This document shows, piece after piece, positions 6,961 through 8,226 of a stretch of DNA of 8,226 bases (position 1 is the stretch's first letter; the number at the start of each line of letters is the position of its first letter). Under the pieces are notes generated by a model. It ran no database searches. It was not told the origin of the DNA and worked only from the letters and a program-made list of their open reading frames with translations. A program made the translations under genes and the position numbers. Source of the DNA: Octopus sinensis (Eukaryota); NCBI RefSeq assembly GCF_006345805.1, contig NW_021828496.1, forward strand, positions 1-8,226. The letters are read 5' to 3'.

Positions 6961-7189
6961 TTTAATTTAATTTTTTATTATCCATCTGGACTATTCCATT
7001 TCTGCACGCTAATGTTATTTTTCATTTATTCCCATTCATGTGAAACCACTTATTCAAGTTCAAGTCATTGATGCAATTTTATACCAATTGCTATTTTTAC
7101 TTTTGTTATGTTACGATTATATTATACTTTAGTTTGATTTTAATTATTACTTACTATAAATAATTCAATTGTTATTATTATTTTTATTG

Positions 7190-7440
7190 TTAAAGTGAAA
7201 GTATCTGACACAAAATAGAGAAATATTTTTGTTTCACTTTTAACACGTAATACTGAAATAGTGGAGAAGATATGATATTGCTATAGGCTCGCTCTAGGCA
7301 AGAAGTTGAACATTCTTTTTGCCCATGAAACTACATGGACCTTAAGTAAGGCATGTGTAAAATTTGAATGAAATTGGTTGTGTAGTTCTAAAGTTTTAGG
7401 GAAACACACAGACAGACACACATTCTCAGTTTTATATAAA
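7190..7440 (-). mobile_element. 5' part of a third Helitron-like non-autonomous element
   Basis: Minus strand reads tatataaaactgagaatgtgtgtctgtctgtgtgtttccc..aactacacaaccaatttcattcaaatttt, the same layout as family A (TATAAAA, short GT/GTCT tract, conserved block). The terminal TC is not visible and the left boundary is uncertain. Confidence 0.55.
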
Positions 7441-7514
7441 TATATATATATATAACACCCTAATGGGAGCCTTAGCTCCCAAATTTTAATAATTTCTTTT
7501 ATGATCCAAAACTA

Positions 7515-7552
7515 GGTCAAAAGTACTGAATGGATCTTTATGAAATTTGGAA
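7515..7552 (+). mobile_element. Short remnant of a Helitron-like conserved block
   Basis: aaaagtactgaatggatctttatgaaatttgg resembles the block at 7355-7390 (minus). Too short for a family assignment. Confidence 0.3.
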
Positions 7553-8226
7553 ATTATATTCTATGCATAAGGGCCATAACTCTCATGACAATTCATATAC
7601 TTTTGCTGTTGATGAAATTTTAATCATAGATATTAGACACAAATAAAGTAATATTTATAAAATTTCATCTTCTTACAAGTTAGAAAGACCCCGCCATGGG
7701 GACTTAACACCCACAATTTTGTCATTTTATCTAAGCAAAAATGAATAAAGTTGTGCTCTTGGAAGCTGTAGGGTTACTCGAGCATAAAAGTTGGGCATTA
7801 TTTCTTTCTAACTCAATAGTACCACAGTGTAACAATTTGCTTTGACATACACCTACATTGTGATTTCTGCAATGTGCTGCATAAATTGTCAAGTAAATTA
7901 GAGGCATCTTTGCCTCCACTGATTCAGTTGCAAAGTGTTGAGTAAAGTTATTTGATTGCAGACCTCCTTTCAGTCTTTTTATTATCACTGGGTCACACAT
8001 AGTCCCCAGATGGTAACATTGATTTCAAGGCCTTCCCAGATGAGTGACTGGTTATTCAAAGACATTTATAGATTGTAAATTTATTCTGTCCAGTTACGTA
8101 CCAGTATAGTGGTCATTTGCAAACTCCAGACGTGACACTTTAATTTCTCCTTAGCCCTCACGTCACACAGTTGTTAATGTTAATTTCAGTTGGGTCACGC
8201 CCTTCCAATTGCTATAGATTCGTAAT

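Noticed and set aside
7465-7480. Hairpin gggagc-ctta-gctccc
   Set aside because: Isolated 6-bp stem with no CTAG end or other supporting context.
7731-8000. 89-aa ORF as a gene
   Set aside because: No recognisable domain or gene structure; kept only as a low-interest lead.

Overview
AT-rich, non-coding eukaryotic DNA made almost entirely of nested repeats. The SINE families look like the octopus (cephalopod) SINEs I recall; that host assignment is inference, not a search result. No credible intact protein-coding gene. Contents: a cluster of non-autonomous Helitron-like elements whose recognisable TC 5' ends all point the same way (minus strand), two minisatellites (~163 bp and ~105 bp units), several tRNA-derived SINE pieces including a tandem trimer, a frameshifted remnant resembling a LINE ORF1, and many microsatellites. 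The main finding is three different foldback elements (2270-2590, 4336-4525, 4812-5158), each next to (TA)n. Their inverted arms each read outward from the centre as a minimal type I hammerhead ribozyme, the geometry expected of inverted pseudo-LTRs of Penelope-like elements. One has a perfect CUGAUGA/GAAA core in both 66-bp arms and encloses a SINE head. One has a U4C core. One has an unusual G3-C8-swapped core with an extra nucleotide. All alignments and folds were done by eye; none was computed.
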